Source of the DNA: an uncultured delta proteobacterium
GTDB lineage: Bacteria > Desulfobacterota > Desulfomonilia > Desulfomonilales > Desulfomonilaceae
DNA: 64,000 nt
NCBI GenBank assembly: GCA_963789265.1
Contig: CAWBKB010000001.1
Location: forward strand, 768,001 to 832,000
Reading direction: 5' to 3'
Part shown: piece after piece, positions 52,467-61,975 of the stretch
Position numbering within the stretch: the first letter of the stretch is position 1
How the letters are laid out: each line of letters begins with the position of its first letter
Position numbers and translations under genes: made by a program
Notes under the pieces: generated by a model
What the model was told of the DNA's origin: nothing
Seen by the model: the letters and a program-made list of their open reading frames with translations, nothing else
Database searches by the model: none

Positions 52467-52493
52467 AGGGCGGCCGAATGGCCGCCCTTTTTT
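52467..52493 (+). terminator. Intrinsic terminator after the hydrogenase operon
   Basis: agggcggcc gaat ggccgccct followed by a T run. Confidence 0.85.
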
Positions 52494-52537
52494 GTGTGTG
52501 GAACATGATGCGACCGCTCAGTCTCGCAGATGAGATG

Positions 52538-53311
52538 TTATCCCCATATACGAACGGCATCGGTTGGGCACTTCTTGTGGCATTCCAGACAGGAGATGCA
52601 CTCTTCCGGCCGATCGTCGGAGACCCCGAACTCATTGCTGTCGGGTGCAGTTTCCATAGGACATACCTTGTTGCAGGTCCCACACCCGATGCAGTCCTTT
52701 GTGCGTTCCGGGAAAATGGCTGCGAATCGGTTGAATACTGACAGACACGCCCCGAGAGGACAGATGACTTTGCAGAAGAACCGTCGATGCCCCATGATCA
52801 AGATGATCAATCCAAAGAGGATGGCCAGCCGAACAGAGAGGCTCACGACGTGAGTGGTTCCATTGATTACTGCCCAGGGAATCGCGGATTCAATTGTGGC
52901 CACGGGACAAAGCTTGCAAAAATAAAGCGGCGAGTTTGGGGAGAGGAAATAAGGGACGAGGACCAGAAGGCCCACAAATACTCCGTACTTGATGAATCGT
53001 GTCCAAGAAGGAATTTGAAACTTGACATAAGGCACCTTGTAAAGAAGCTCCTGAGCGAGTCCGAAAGGGCAGGCCCAGCCGCACAGGAACCTTCCCGCCA
53101 ATAGCCCGGCCACTGCTATCCCGCCTACTACACTCAATGGGACGATCCCCAGAGAGACGCACTGGCCGATTACCCCCATGGGGCAGGCAAAAACTGACAC
53201 AGGGCAGGAATGACAGTTAAGGACGGGAAAACATATAAAATGCCACTTGAACAGCCCGATATTGAAAAGGGCTGCCAGGACCACCTGGACCTTTAATCTG
53301 ATTCTTTCCAC
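52538..53311 (-). CDS. Membrane 4Fe-4S binding protein (NapH/MauN-like polyferredoxin)
   Basis: LNCHSCP..ACP, GRFLCGWACPFG, FCKLCP, FCKVICPLG, two CxxCxxCxxxCP motifs. Confidence 0.9.
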   Translation of the reverse strand: MERIRLKVQVVLAALFNIGLFKWHFICFPVLNCHSCPVSVFACPMGVIGQCVSLGIVPLSVVGGIAVAGLLAGRFLCGWACPFGLAQELLYKVPYVKFQIPSWTRFIKYGVFVGLLVLVPYFLSPNSPLYFCKLCPVATIESAIPWAVINGTTHVVSLSVRLAILFGLIILIMGHRRFFCKVICPLGACLSVFNRFAAIFPERTKDCIGCGTCNKVCPMETAPDSNEFGVSDDRPEECISCLECHKKCPTDAVRIWG

Positions 53312-53452
53312 TTTTATGAAACCTTGTCCGGAGCCGCCGAGACTCTTGGAAGTCTTAGCAAACGGACTGGCACGCCTTGATGAAGCGGCTCACGGTCTTT
53401 CGAGATTTCTTGTCGTCGAAGCCGTTTCGAATTCCGGCTTCAGTCCGTAGAC

Positions 53453-53477
53453 GGCACCGCAGACCTGCGGTCGCGCC
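53453..53477 (-). promoter_or_regulatory. Candidate bacterial SECIS hairpin
   Basis: GGC-GCG-ACCGCA-GGUC-UGCGGU-GCC directly 3' of the UGA at 53485-53483. Confidence 0.6.
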
Positions 53478-53800
53478 TAGGTTCAGGAAGGACATGGACG
53501 CCGGCCCTTGAGCATTCGCAAGTCCGGATAGTTGGAAATCAGACGCCCGTCCTTGTACTTGCCGATACCGTCAAAGGTTTCGGCATTGACTACTTCGGGC
53601 TCGGTAAACCACTGGGACTGGACCTTGAACTGACCTTTTTTCTGCTCATATCCCGGGATTTTGATGGTGATTCCAACGCCTTTCAGCTTATCAAACTTCT
53701 CGAGGTTGTCGAAAATGAGAAACTTCCGGAAAAAACCGCCATAAACTATTGCGGTGAGACTCATCACCAGCAGGATTGCGAAAAATACTTTTCTAATCAT
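53477..53800 (-). CDS. Small N-terminally membrane-anchored protein; candidate C-terminal CxxU selenoprotein (ends at 53483 if UGA is a stop)
   Basis: N-terminal TM; ends RRPCPS-TGA-ACC-TAG with a SECIS-like hairpin. Confidence 0.65.
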
Positions 53801-53994
53801 CGTAGCCCTTCTCCGACAATCCGCATCTGCCTTGGCCTATTTTGAGAACTGCTGAGCGGAACGGTTGGTCTATCGACCTCGGATTCATAAAATCATTATA
53901 CCCGAATTACGATTGACCCACCATGGCAATCCGTGTCATTAAAGCGGAACTTCTCCAGTAGACGGCAAGTCGCGAACAGGAACGAAGAAAAGGA

Positions 53995-54555
53995 ATGGGA
54001 AAAGGCACCCTTTTTGTCATATCGGCTCCATCAGGGGCAGGAAAATCTACACTAGTGGCTAGAATCCAGCGGATATTTCCGGACATGCTGTATTCCGTGT
54101 CCTGTACCAGTCGGCCCCCGAGAAAAGGCGAAACAGAAGGAGTGGACTACCATTTTGTCAGTCCCGGCGAATTCCGGACGATGATAAAGCGCAGTGAATT
54201 TCTTGAGTGGAAAGAGGTTCACGGTAACTTGTACGGTACACCGGCCGCCCCTGTGAGCAGGGCGCTTGCCGCCTCTCGGCGCATAATACTGGACATTGAT
54301 GTGGAAGGAGCAAAAGAAATCTTCAAAAAAATCCCTCGGGCAGTTGGGATCTTCATCTCAGCGCCTAACATGAGCGCTTTGAAACAAAGGCTCGCTCTAC
54401 GAGGCACCGACTCGGAGGAATCCGTGAAGATTCGGCTGGCCAACGCGGTCCGGGAGATGAAACAGGCCGAAATGTTCAGGCATCAAATTGTTAACGATAA
54501 TCTGGAAGAGGCCGTTGAACAGTTGGCAGGTATTATCAGAAAGGAATCCGAATAG
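53995..54555 (+). CDS. gmk: Guanylate kinase
   Basis: SAPSGAGKST, EGVDYHF, YGT, DIDVEGA, RGTDS. Confidence 0.96.
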   Translation: MGKGTLFVISAPSGAGKSTLVARIQRIFPDMLYSVSCTSRPPRKGETEGVDYHFVSPGEFRTMIKRSEFLEWKEVHGNLYGTPAAPVSRALAASRRIILDIDVEGAKEIFKKIPRAVGIFISAPNMSALKQRLALRGTDSEESVKIRLANAVREMKQAEMFRHQIVNDNLEEAVEQLAGIIRKESE

Positions 54556-54556
54556 T

Positions 54557-55753
54557 CTACTCGGGAGACTTGCCAATTCTTACATCCACTGTGCGAGCCT
54601 GCTTGCCGCGAATGATCGTCATCCTGATGCGATCGCCAGGCTTGGCGGCCGCGACTAAGCGGGAAAGATGGCGGCCGTCGCGGACAGCCCTTCCGTCGGC
54701 ATCCACTATCAAATCGCCTTTTCTCAAACCCGCGTTGTATGCTGGAGTGGAATTAAGAACTTCGTCCACAAGGGTGCCCCGGGGCATCCCGAGTCCATGC
54801 CGCCGCGCCTGCTCCTCAGTGACGTCTTCGACGTAAATCCCGAGCCATCCCCGGAAGATACTCTCGGCATTCATGGGTGCTCGCATGAGTTCGGCCACAT
54901 AGTTCACCGGGATGGAGAAACCGATCCCCTTGCCCGATGCGATGATCGCCGTATTAACTCCGATTACTTCTCCAGCCATATTAAATAAAGGCCCCCCCGA
55001 GTTGCCGGGATTGATCGAGGCGTCGGTTTGGATGAAATTGTCATCCGGGCCCAGGCCGATAAAACGCCCTTTGCCGCTCACAATGCCCACTGTCACTGTC
55101 CGGCCTAGTCCAAAAGGGTTTCCTACGGCCAAGACCCATTCTCCTACTTGGACCTTAGAAGAATCGCCTAGTTTGGCTTTCTGCAACGAATACGGCGGAT
55201 TGATTTTGAGGAGTGCAAGATCAACCTTGGGATGAACGGCAACCACCTTTGCCGACTCAACTTGGCCTGTTGAAAGCGTGACCAGAATTTTTCCGGCACC
55301 TTCTACCACATGGCTGTTCGTGACAATATGCCCCGCGGTGTCGCAAAAGAATCCGCTTCCCAAACTGTCGGCCTGAAATCTGTCTCTGCCCTTGGCATGT
55401 TCATCGAAATAGCCGGGACGAGAACGGAAGAGCGGTGGAGGTTCCGTGGAACTATTCTGAAGTACGTGTCTCTCTATGGAAATATTCACCACCACAGGTG
55501 TCAATTGTTTGATCAAATCTATGAGATCGGGGCACCCTCCAGGTGGTGGTTGGGTCTTCCGAGCCGCTTCATCTCCCGCATGTGCGGGCAACATGCCCAA
55601 ACTTATCGAGAACACAACTGCAAGGAAAAAGAGACCGCATCTGGAACGGATCGTGGCAGCCGCCACAGTGAGGGTATGGAAGATCTCTTGCATAACGCTG
55701 TCTGTATCAGCGTAATCCTTGCGTGTCAACTTCAAGTCTGACCCGGTAGTCAA
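54557..55753 (-). CDS. HtrA/Deg serine protease with one PDZ domain (start uncertain)
   Basis: GSGF, TNSHVV, QTDASINPGNSGGPL, PDZ. Confidence 0.93.
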   Translation of the reverse strand: MTTGSDLKLTRKDYADTDSVMQEIFHTLTVAAATIRSRCGLFFLAVVFSISLGMLPAHAGDEAARKTQPPPGGCPDLIDLIKQLTPVVVNISIERHVLQNSSTEPPPLFRSRPGYFDEHAKGRDRFQADSLGSGFFCDTAGHIVTNSHVVEGAGKILVTLSTGQVESAKVVAVHPKVDLALLKINPPYSLQKAKLGDSSKVQVGEWVLAVGNPFGLGRTVTVGIVSGKGRFIGLGPDDNFIQTDASINPGNSGGPLFNMAGEVIGVNTAIIASGKGIGFSIPVNYVAELMRAPMNAESIFRGWLGIYVEDVTEEQARRHGLGMPRGTLVDEVLNSTPAYNAGLRKGDLIVDADGRAVRDGRHLSRLVAAAKPGDRIRMTIIRGKQARTVDVRIGKSPE

Positions 55754-55790
55754 ATTTCTTAGATTATCAACTCTTCCCGGCGCATATCCT

Positions 55791-56642
55791 TCACCGGTTC
55801 ATTCCTAGAATGAGCAGCAATTCTCGAACAATCTTTGCCGCCGTTATGGTTCCCGCTTCCGAAGGGTCAAGACGGGGATTCAGTTCGACAACATCTGCCC
55901 CGATAACATGCATGCGGCTCAGAGCATGGTAGAATCGCTCCATATCGTCATAAAACCATCCGCCGGCCTCAGGATTCCCTGTAGCCGACAGGCAGGCGGG
56001 ATCCAACACGTCGAGATCGAGGGTAAGATAAACGGAGCAACCACCTACTCTTCGCAACAGGTTTTTTCCCAATCCCGGTCCCCATTGCATCCATGTCCCT
56101 TGCTCGCGCATCCAGGAAAATTCATCTTCGGTCCCTGCGCGCATCCCAAGCTGAATTAACCGATCGGGCCCTGTAATATCAGACACCCTCCGCATTACTG
56201 TGGCGTGGTTGATCGAACTCCCTTCGTACCGGTCCCTTAGGTCCGTGTGAGCGTCCAAATGGATGACGAACGCGCCGGGGTGCATTCTGTTTATCGCCCC
56301 GACCGCCGGGAGGGTAATCGTGTGTTCTCCCCCCAGGCACAGGGGGAGACCTCCTTTGCCCAACACCTTTGAGACAGTGTCTTCGATCCTTTCCAGCGAG
56401 GATCCCAAAGAATCATCGGATAAAGCAATGTTGCCGAGATCGCTGAAAGGGCTCTTTTCAAGATCCGCATCGAGGGATGGGGAGTAAGTTTCAATGGAAT
56501 TGGAAGCGATCCGAATCGCATCCGGAGCTGCTCCGGTACCACTGCGGTAGGTGGAGGTCATGTCCAAGGGGCAGCCGATGAGAGCAGGGCATCCAGCGAC
56601 AATTTCTCGATAAGAGCAGCCAAGAAAAACGTTATCTTGCAT
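55791..56642 (-). CDS. speB: Agmatinase/ureohydrolase
   Basis: GGEHT, HLDAHTD, DLDVLDP, DVVELNP. Confidence 0.93.
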   Translation of the reverse strand: MQDNVFLGCSYREIVAGCPALIGCPLDMTSTYRSGTGAAPDAIRIASNSIETYSPSLDADLEKSPFSDLGNIALSDDSLGSSLERIEDTVSKVLGKGGLPLCLGGEHTITLPAVGAINRMHPGAFVIHLDAHTDLRDRYEGSSINHATVMRRVSDITGPDRLIQLGMRAGTEDEFSWMREQGTWMQWGPGLGKNLLRRVGGCSVYLTLDLDVLDPACLSATGNPEAGGWFYDDMERFYHALSRMHVIGADVVELNPRLDPSEAGTITAAKIVRELLLILGMNR

Positions 56643-56740
56643 CCGATTGGGCACTCTCTATTATTGATTGGGTAAGAGGGACTGCAAAACCAAAATGGGG
56701 ACTACAGCCGGGCTCGTTGCTCTTATGTAGTCAAACGGTT

Positions 56741-57622
56741 TTAAGTACTCGGCACGCCAGGAGCCGCCTCTTCAATCATTTTGCGCACAAAGACGGGTGG
56801 AACAAGAGCGGCCGAATGTACCTCGAAGTCGTAATACTTGAGAGTACGCTTCAGCTCCGGCATCAACTCTACTGTCCATCTCCTCGCCGGGTCACTTGTC
56901 TCGGAGCAGAAGGTGAAAGACCAGAGCCCTCCCGGATACGATGGGATCGTGGCAAAGTAGGGAGTGGCCCCGCCGAATCCGAAGACAAGCCTTAAGTCTC
57001 TGACCGCCTTTGAAAACACGTCTCCCATGAAAAGAGGGCTTTCAGTCTGAAAAATCGCAACCCCACCTTTCTTGAGGCTCTTCTTTATGGACCCATAGAA
57101 CGTGGTTTCGAAGAGCGACACGCCCGGCCCAACCGGATCGGTGGAATCCACAAGGACAAGGTCAAATTCTCGGGTGAAATTTTTTACAAAAGCCGCGCCA
57201 TCCTCATAAGCGATACTTACTCGGGGGTCGGAGAGTCCTTGAGATATCTCGGGGAAATACTCTCGACAGGAATCTACGACCACAGGGTCTATTTCGCAGA
57301 GGGTGACCGATTCCACTCCGGGGTATTTAACAACTTCGGTGACTGCCCCGCCATCGCCCCCGCCTATAATCAGCACGGTTCGCGGTGCAGGCAGTACTGC
57401 CATGGCAAGGTGAACGAGCATCTCATGATAAATGAAAGCATCTTTCTCGGTTACCATAAAGCACCCGTTCAGCAGGAGCACGCGGCCCAACTTGTCAGTA
57501 TCTAAAATCTCGATCCTTTGAAAATCACTGGTGGTATCGAGCAACTTGCGGGAATAACGAACCGAAAAGGCCGTCGCATCACCATAAATCTCAGTAAACC
57601 AATCAGACTCTGTCAGCGACAT
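56741..57622 (-). CDS. speE: Polyamine aminopropyltransferase
   Basis: YHEM, IIGGGDGG, CEID, DSTDP, PSYPGG. Confidence 0.95.
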   Translation of the reverse strand: MSLTESDWFTEIYGDATAFSVRYSRKLLDTTSDFQRIEILDTDKLGRVLLLNGCFMVTEKDAFIYHEMLVHLAMAVLPAPRTVLIIGGGDGGAVTEVVKYPGVESVTLCEIDPVVVDSCREYFPEISQGLSDPRVSIAYEDGAAFVKNFTREFDLVLVDSTDPVGPGVSLFETTFYGSIKKSLKKGGVAIFQTESPLFMGDVFSKAVRDLRLVFGFGGATPYFATIPSYPGGLWSFTFCSETSDPARRWTVELMPELKRTLKYYDFEVHSAALVPPVFVRKMIEEAAPGVPST

Positions 57623-58083
57623 AATACCACCGCAGCGAAAACCGCTCCCACACGCTGAACCGTGAGGGTTGCAGAAATACTCTTGATTTCACGAATACGG
57701 ATGCCCCGTATGACCTCCATGCCTTCACGAACCATTTCGCGGGCAACGACTTCGCATGGGCCTGCCTCACCAATGCGGGAGCATTCCATGATAAGCCCGG
57801 CCGCCGACGGATCTACGGGAATGCCCACAGCCACGGACGCGGAAATAGTTTCCCCCTGTTCCGATGATATGCGATCGCCATACGCCAGCGGCACCAGACA
57901 TCCCTTCGGCAATTCGTAGGGCTCGATCTCTTCGGCTGAAGGCGGAAGTATGCTGCTCAACTTAACCAGGTTCGTGTCTCCTATCTTCGCGTCCAGAAGC
58001 GCTGCATCAAAAGCGTTTAGTCCTGTTGAAGCCTCCCCTCTCCCGGACGTAAGAAAAAATCGTTTCGGAAGGATTCCGAGCAT
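57613..58083 (-). CDS. pdaD: Pyruvoyl-dependent arginine decarboxylase
   Basis: LNAFDAALLDAKIGDTNLVKLSSILP (Ser-Ser cleavage site). Confidence 0.9.
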   Translation of the reverse strand: MLGILPKRFFLTSGRGEASTGLNAFDAALLDAKIGDTNLVKLSSILPPSAEEIEPYELPKGCLVPLAYGDRISSEQGETISASVAVGIPVDPSAAGLIMECSRIGEAGPCEVVAREMVREGMEVIRGIRIREIKSISATLTVQRVGAVFAAVVLCR

Positions 58084-58261
58084 TAACAGCCTCCTAAATT
58101 TGAGAGTGACGGTAATTGTTCCGGACTTCGGAAGGTCGGAATTCTACCCGGAGTGCTCCCTTCTTGTCTACAACTTCTGCATCTCCGCATGGATTGCTTG
58201 AGGCACCGCAACCCGCTTGACCGCCGAAATTGGGGATAATGGGCCTAAAGCGGCCGGACAT

Positions 58262-59584
58262 TCATTCTTGAGCAGAGTCCTTCTTTTGACACTGCCCCAA
58301 GATGTCCGTCTTGATCTGTTCCAATTCTTCTCGGATGGCCTCCCGGCTGCCGTGGATAAACATTTCGTTCTTGACCAGCCGGTCCTCGAGAACCTGGACT
58401 TTAGGAAGCATAAAGAAGACCGTGTACGCTGCAAGTCCCGCGAGCAGGACGAGACAAAAAATTAGGATGATCCATAACCAGAGGTTCCCTGACCGTCTGT
58501 TCGTCCGAGAAGGCACAGAGGAGGGGGCAGCTTCCCCTTGCCCGGGCGGCGCGGATGCTTCTACGGCTTCGGCACTGCGTGACGGTGCGACCGCAGGCTG
58601 GCTGGGACGCGCGGTCTCATTGGTCTGGATGGATTCTCCACCCCCGGTCGACTGTTTCCCCGAAGTCTGAAGATCGGGACTCGTCTTAATCGGAATCTTC
58701 TTGGTATCCTTGACCCGGTTTCCTTGAAATATCTTGATGACGATCGCTTTACCGTTAAGTTGAGCCAGTTGCTCAGGACTATGATCGGGAAATATCAGGA
58801 TGCCGATGCCGGAATCGGACGCGAGGGTGAATCGATTCCAGTCTGCACGGGGGATCGGTTTTTGTTCGGGCTTTCTCACTATTTGGGAATAAACGAGCTC
58901 TTTTTCCGGAAGCTCCACTCCGATTATCTGATCACTTCCCGAACGATTGTCCACATTGAGCCATTCACCTTTCATAAGATTATTTTCATCAAATGTGATG
59001 GAAGTCTTGTCCACATTGATCGAGATCTCTCGTCCGGCCCCCAGGTGTACGGTTCGCTCTTGTTCCGGGATTGCTTCGGCCGAAATCAACTGCTGACCGT
59101 CCACACTAATTGTTAAGAGGTCCGCGACACTCTTGCCCGCGAACAGCTTCACTCTGCTCTTGTCCAAGAGTTTGAGACCAACGGATCTAGTCATGGGTGC
59201 CTGGTAAACTTTCGTGGCCGGGGTGTACAGAGGGCCCGCAAAAGGAAGAGGCTTTCCGGGGCGATTCTGGGCATTCACCCACTCCACGTTCAGCGACGTG
59301 ACGTTGTTGATGAGCTTGTGGTATTTAGAGTTGAGTGTCAGAGCAATTGAATTAAACTTGGCCTGAGGGTCGGTTTTCTTTATAAGAATCTCTTTGCCGC
59401 CCACAGTGATTGTCACCTTGGGGACAAAATTGCCGCGCTGGTCCTTGATGCCGAAGGTTTCGCACGCAGCCTGTGTGGTGAAAGATAAAATACAAATGAG
59501 AACGAGGATGACCGGCAAGCCACCATGCCTGAACTTGCGAAGTCTTCCTGGGGGAGTTGAGATCATCGGGCCTTGCATAGACAC
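58262..59584 (-). CDS. Hypothetical exported protein with C-terminal TM and coiled coil
   Basis: Signal peptide, beta-rich body, P/S/A linker, TM (LWLWIILIFCLVLLAGL), helical tail. Confidence 0.75.
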   Translation of the reverse strand: MSMQGPMISTPPGRLRKFRHGGLPVILVLICILSFTTQAACETFGIKDQRGNFVPKVTITVGGKEILIKKTDPQAKFNSIALTLNSKYHKLINNVTSLNVEWVNAQNRPGKPLPFAGPLYTPATKVYQAPMTRSVGLKLLDKSRVKLFAGKSVADLLTISVDGQQLISAEAIPEQERTVHLGAGREISINVDKTSITFDENNLMKGEWLNVDNRSGSDQIIGVELPEKELVYSQIVRKPEQKPIPRADWNRFTLASDSGIGILIFPDHSPEQLAQLNGKAIVIKIFQGNRVKDTKKIPIKTSPDLQTSGKQSTGGGESIQTNETARPSQPAVAPSRSAEAVEASAPPGQGEAAPSSVPSRTNRRSGNLWLWIILIFCLVLLAGLAAYTVFFMLPKVQVLEDRLVKNEMFIHGSREAIREELEQIKTDILGQCQKKDSAQE

Positions 59585-59735
59585 AATACATGCCTTGAAC
59601 GCAGCGGATTTTCTTACAGTTGCGGTATCTTATCAGTAAAGAGCAAGAAAATCAATGAACAAGTTTGAAGCCATAACATGGTCTTAACTATAATAGCTTA
59701 GGTTCGCGGACCGAAGAGTAGACGGAGACACCTTT

Positions 59736-60917
59736 ATGGAATCTCAAAACATTCCGATTTCGTTGAAGTCCGAAAAGATCCCCCCGTTCCTCGTAATGGA
59801 TGTGCTTGAGCGGGCCATGGAAATGACCGAGGATGGGGAGAATATCATTCATCTGGAGGTAGGCGAGCCGGACTTTGATACACCGAAAAATATCGTAGAA
59901 GCCGGTTTCGCAGCGATGCGCGCAGGCAAAACCCACTACACGCCCAGCACGGGAATACCCGAATTGCGCCGAGCCGTAGCCGCCCATTACTTTGAGACCT
60001 ACGGCGTAGAAGTGGACCCTCGAGACGTGGCGATAACTTCGGGCTCATCGCCGGCAATATTCCTGATCCTCTCAGCTCTGTTGGATCCCGGCAGCGAGGT
60101 TATACTGTCCGACCCCCACTATGCCTGCTATCCAAATTTCATTCGTTTCTTGGAAGGTGTGCCGGTCTTCGTGGCTGCACGGGCTGAAGACGGTTTTCAG
60201 ATAGATCCCGAGGACGTGGAGAAGGCCATCACGGGCAAGACACGGGCGATCATGATTAATTCCCCGTCCAATCCGACCGGCGTGGTGATGGAACCTGAAA
60301 GGATGAAGCGTCTTGCCCAACTGGGTCTGCCAATCATATCCGATGAAATATATCACGGTCTTGTATACGAGGGCCGGGAGCATTCGATTCTGGAATTCAC
60401 CAGAAACGCATTTGTGGTGAACGGCTTCTCAAAGCTCTACGCGATGACCGGTTGGAGGCTGGGTTATTTGATCAGTCTCCCGGACCATGTTCGGCCCATC
60501 CAGAAAATGATACAAAACTTCTTTATCAGCCCGGCGGATTTCGTGCAGTGGGCAGGGCTGGAAGCCCTCACGAATTCGGCGGATCACGTGCGCAGGATGA
60601 AGGAGGTATTTAACCATCGCCGCTTGACAATGATTGCACGGCTCAAGGAAATCGGCTTCGGCATTCAAGTTGACCCGACCGCGGCATTTTATGTTCTTGC
60701 CGACGCGAGGAGATTTTCGGCGGATTCTTACAGGTTTGCCTTTGACATTCTTGAAGACGCGGGTGTCGGAGTGGCCCCAGGGATTGATTTTGGCGGCAAT
60801 GCCGAAGGTTTTATTCGATTTTCTTATACCAATTCTATTGAGAATATCAGTGCCGGCCTGGATCGGATCGAGCTCTACCTCAAGACTCGGTTTGGGCCGG
60901 GATGCAAGACTCGCTGA
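59736..60917 (+). CDS. Class I/II PLP aminotransferase
   Basis: GEPDF, NSPSNPTG, SDEIY, FSKLYAMTGWRLG. Confidence 0.95.
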   Translation: MESQNIPISLKSEKIPPFLVMDVLERAMEMTEDGENIIHLEVGEPDFDTPKNIVEAGFAAMRAGKTHYTPSTGIPELRRAVAAHYFETYGVEVDPRDVAITSGSSPAIFLILSALLDPGSEVILSDPHYACYPNFIRFLEGVPVFVAARAEDGFQIDPEDVEKAITGKTRAIMINSPSNPTGVVMEPERMKRLAQLGLPIISDEIYHGLVYEGREHSILEFTRNAFVVNGFSKLYAMTGWRLGYLISLPDHVRPIQKMIQNFFISPADFVQWAGLEALTNSADHVRRMKEVFNHRRLTMIARLKEIGFGIQVDPTAAFYVLADARRFSADSYRFAFDILEDAGVGVAPGIDFGGNAEGFIRFSYTNSIENISAGLDRIELYLKTRFGPGCKTR

Positions 60918-61697
60918 GTGCGGTTCATCGCAATGGTGAAGTGTCCGAAATTATTTGTATCTCCAGAAGATTTCTCGGCAGACGAGCTTTTGTTATCCGG
61001 GAAAGAGGCACACTATCTCCACAGGGTTCTACGCCTTAAACCGGGAGATCAGTTAGAAATTTGCGACGGCACGCGGGACTACCTGATTCGATTAACCGCC
61101 TGCAACCGCAAAGCCGTTCAGGGAACGGTCATCGAGTCGCGGTCACTGGATACCCCCGATGGGATCGAAATCATTCTGGCCTTTTCGACTGTTCGCCCAG
61201 GGCCGGTCCAGGATATTCTACGGCATGGAACCGAGCTGGGTGTCTCGTGTTTTGTTCCCATATTGAGCCTCCGTGCTAATCGTCGGCCTCAAGTGAAGAA
61301 GGATCGGTGGAGCGCTATCGTGGCATCGGCGTCAGCCCAATCACGGCGGAGCATTATGCCGGAAATTGAGGCCCCGGTGACGCTTGATCGGTTCATTGAA
61401 CAGGATGCCCGCCGCAACGAGTCGCGACTGCTCCTTTCCATCAGCCCCGAAGCTACTCCTATTTTGGCAGCCCTCGAAGCGCTGGCGCCTCGAAAGGTGG
61501 CCATTCTGTCCGGCCCCGAAGGGGGCATGGATCCTTCAGAGGAAAAGAAGGCCATTGATGCCGGGTTTCAACCTGTCAGCCTTGGCCGCGGCATACTGCG
61601 ATCGGAAACCGCGGCAGTGGTAGCCGCCGGGACGATTCTCCTATGGAACGACTGGCTCCGGTTCCGCTGCTCCTCCAGCACACAAGAAGGAAGTTGA
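60918..61697 (+). CDS. rsmE: 16S rRNA m3U1498 methyltransferase
   Basis: HYLHRVLRL, TELGV, GPEGG, LGRGILRSETA. Confidence 0.94.
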   Translation: MRFIAMVKCPKLFVSPEDFSADELLLSGKEAHYLHRVLRLKPGDQLEICDGTRDYLIRLTACNRKAVQGTVIESRSLDTPDGIEIILAFSTVRPGPVQDILRHGTELGVSCFVPILSLRANRRPQVKKDRWSAIVASASAQSRRSIMPEIEAPVTLDRFIEQDARRNESRLLLSISPEATPILAALEALAPRKVAILSGPEGGMDPSEEKKAIDAGFQPVSLGRGILRSETAAVVAAGTILLWNDWLRFRCSSSTQEGS

Positions 61698-61975
61698 TAA
61701 TCCCGGCAGGATTGAATCGTTGAGACAGTGAGCGAGAAAGGCATTTCCACGGATTGACCTAGCGATAGCTTCATGGTATTTTTGAGTCATAGAAAACAGG
61801 CGACACGATCCGATTTCTAAAATGGATCAAACAAGTTAATTCATCCCGAAATTCACGGCTCAAGGGCTTGCCTGGGGTGGATGCCGGCCGACATCAGGTC
61901 GGCGTGCCCAAAACGGCCCACCGCCAATCGAGGCTTCTCATGGCACACGCTGAATCTCGTTGGACGAGGTAATGG

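Noticed and set aside
53311..53485. Readthrough fusion of the CxxU protein to the in-frame polyferredoxin
   Set aside because: Same frame, but a TAG and another TGA intervene
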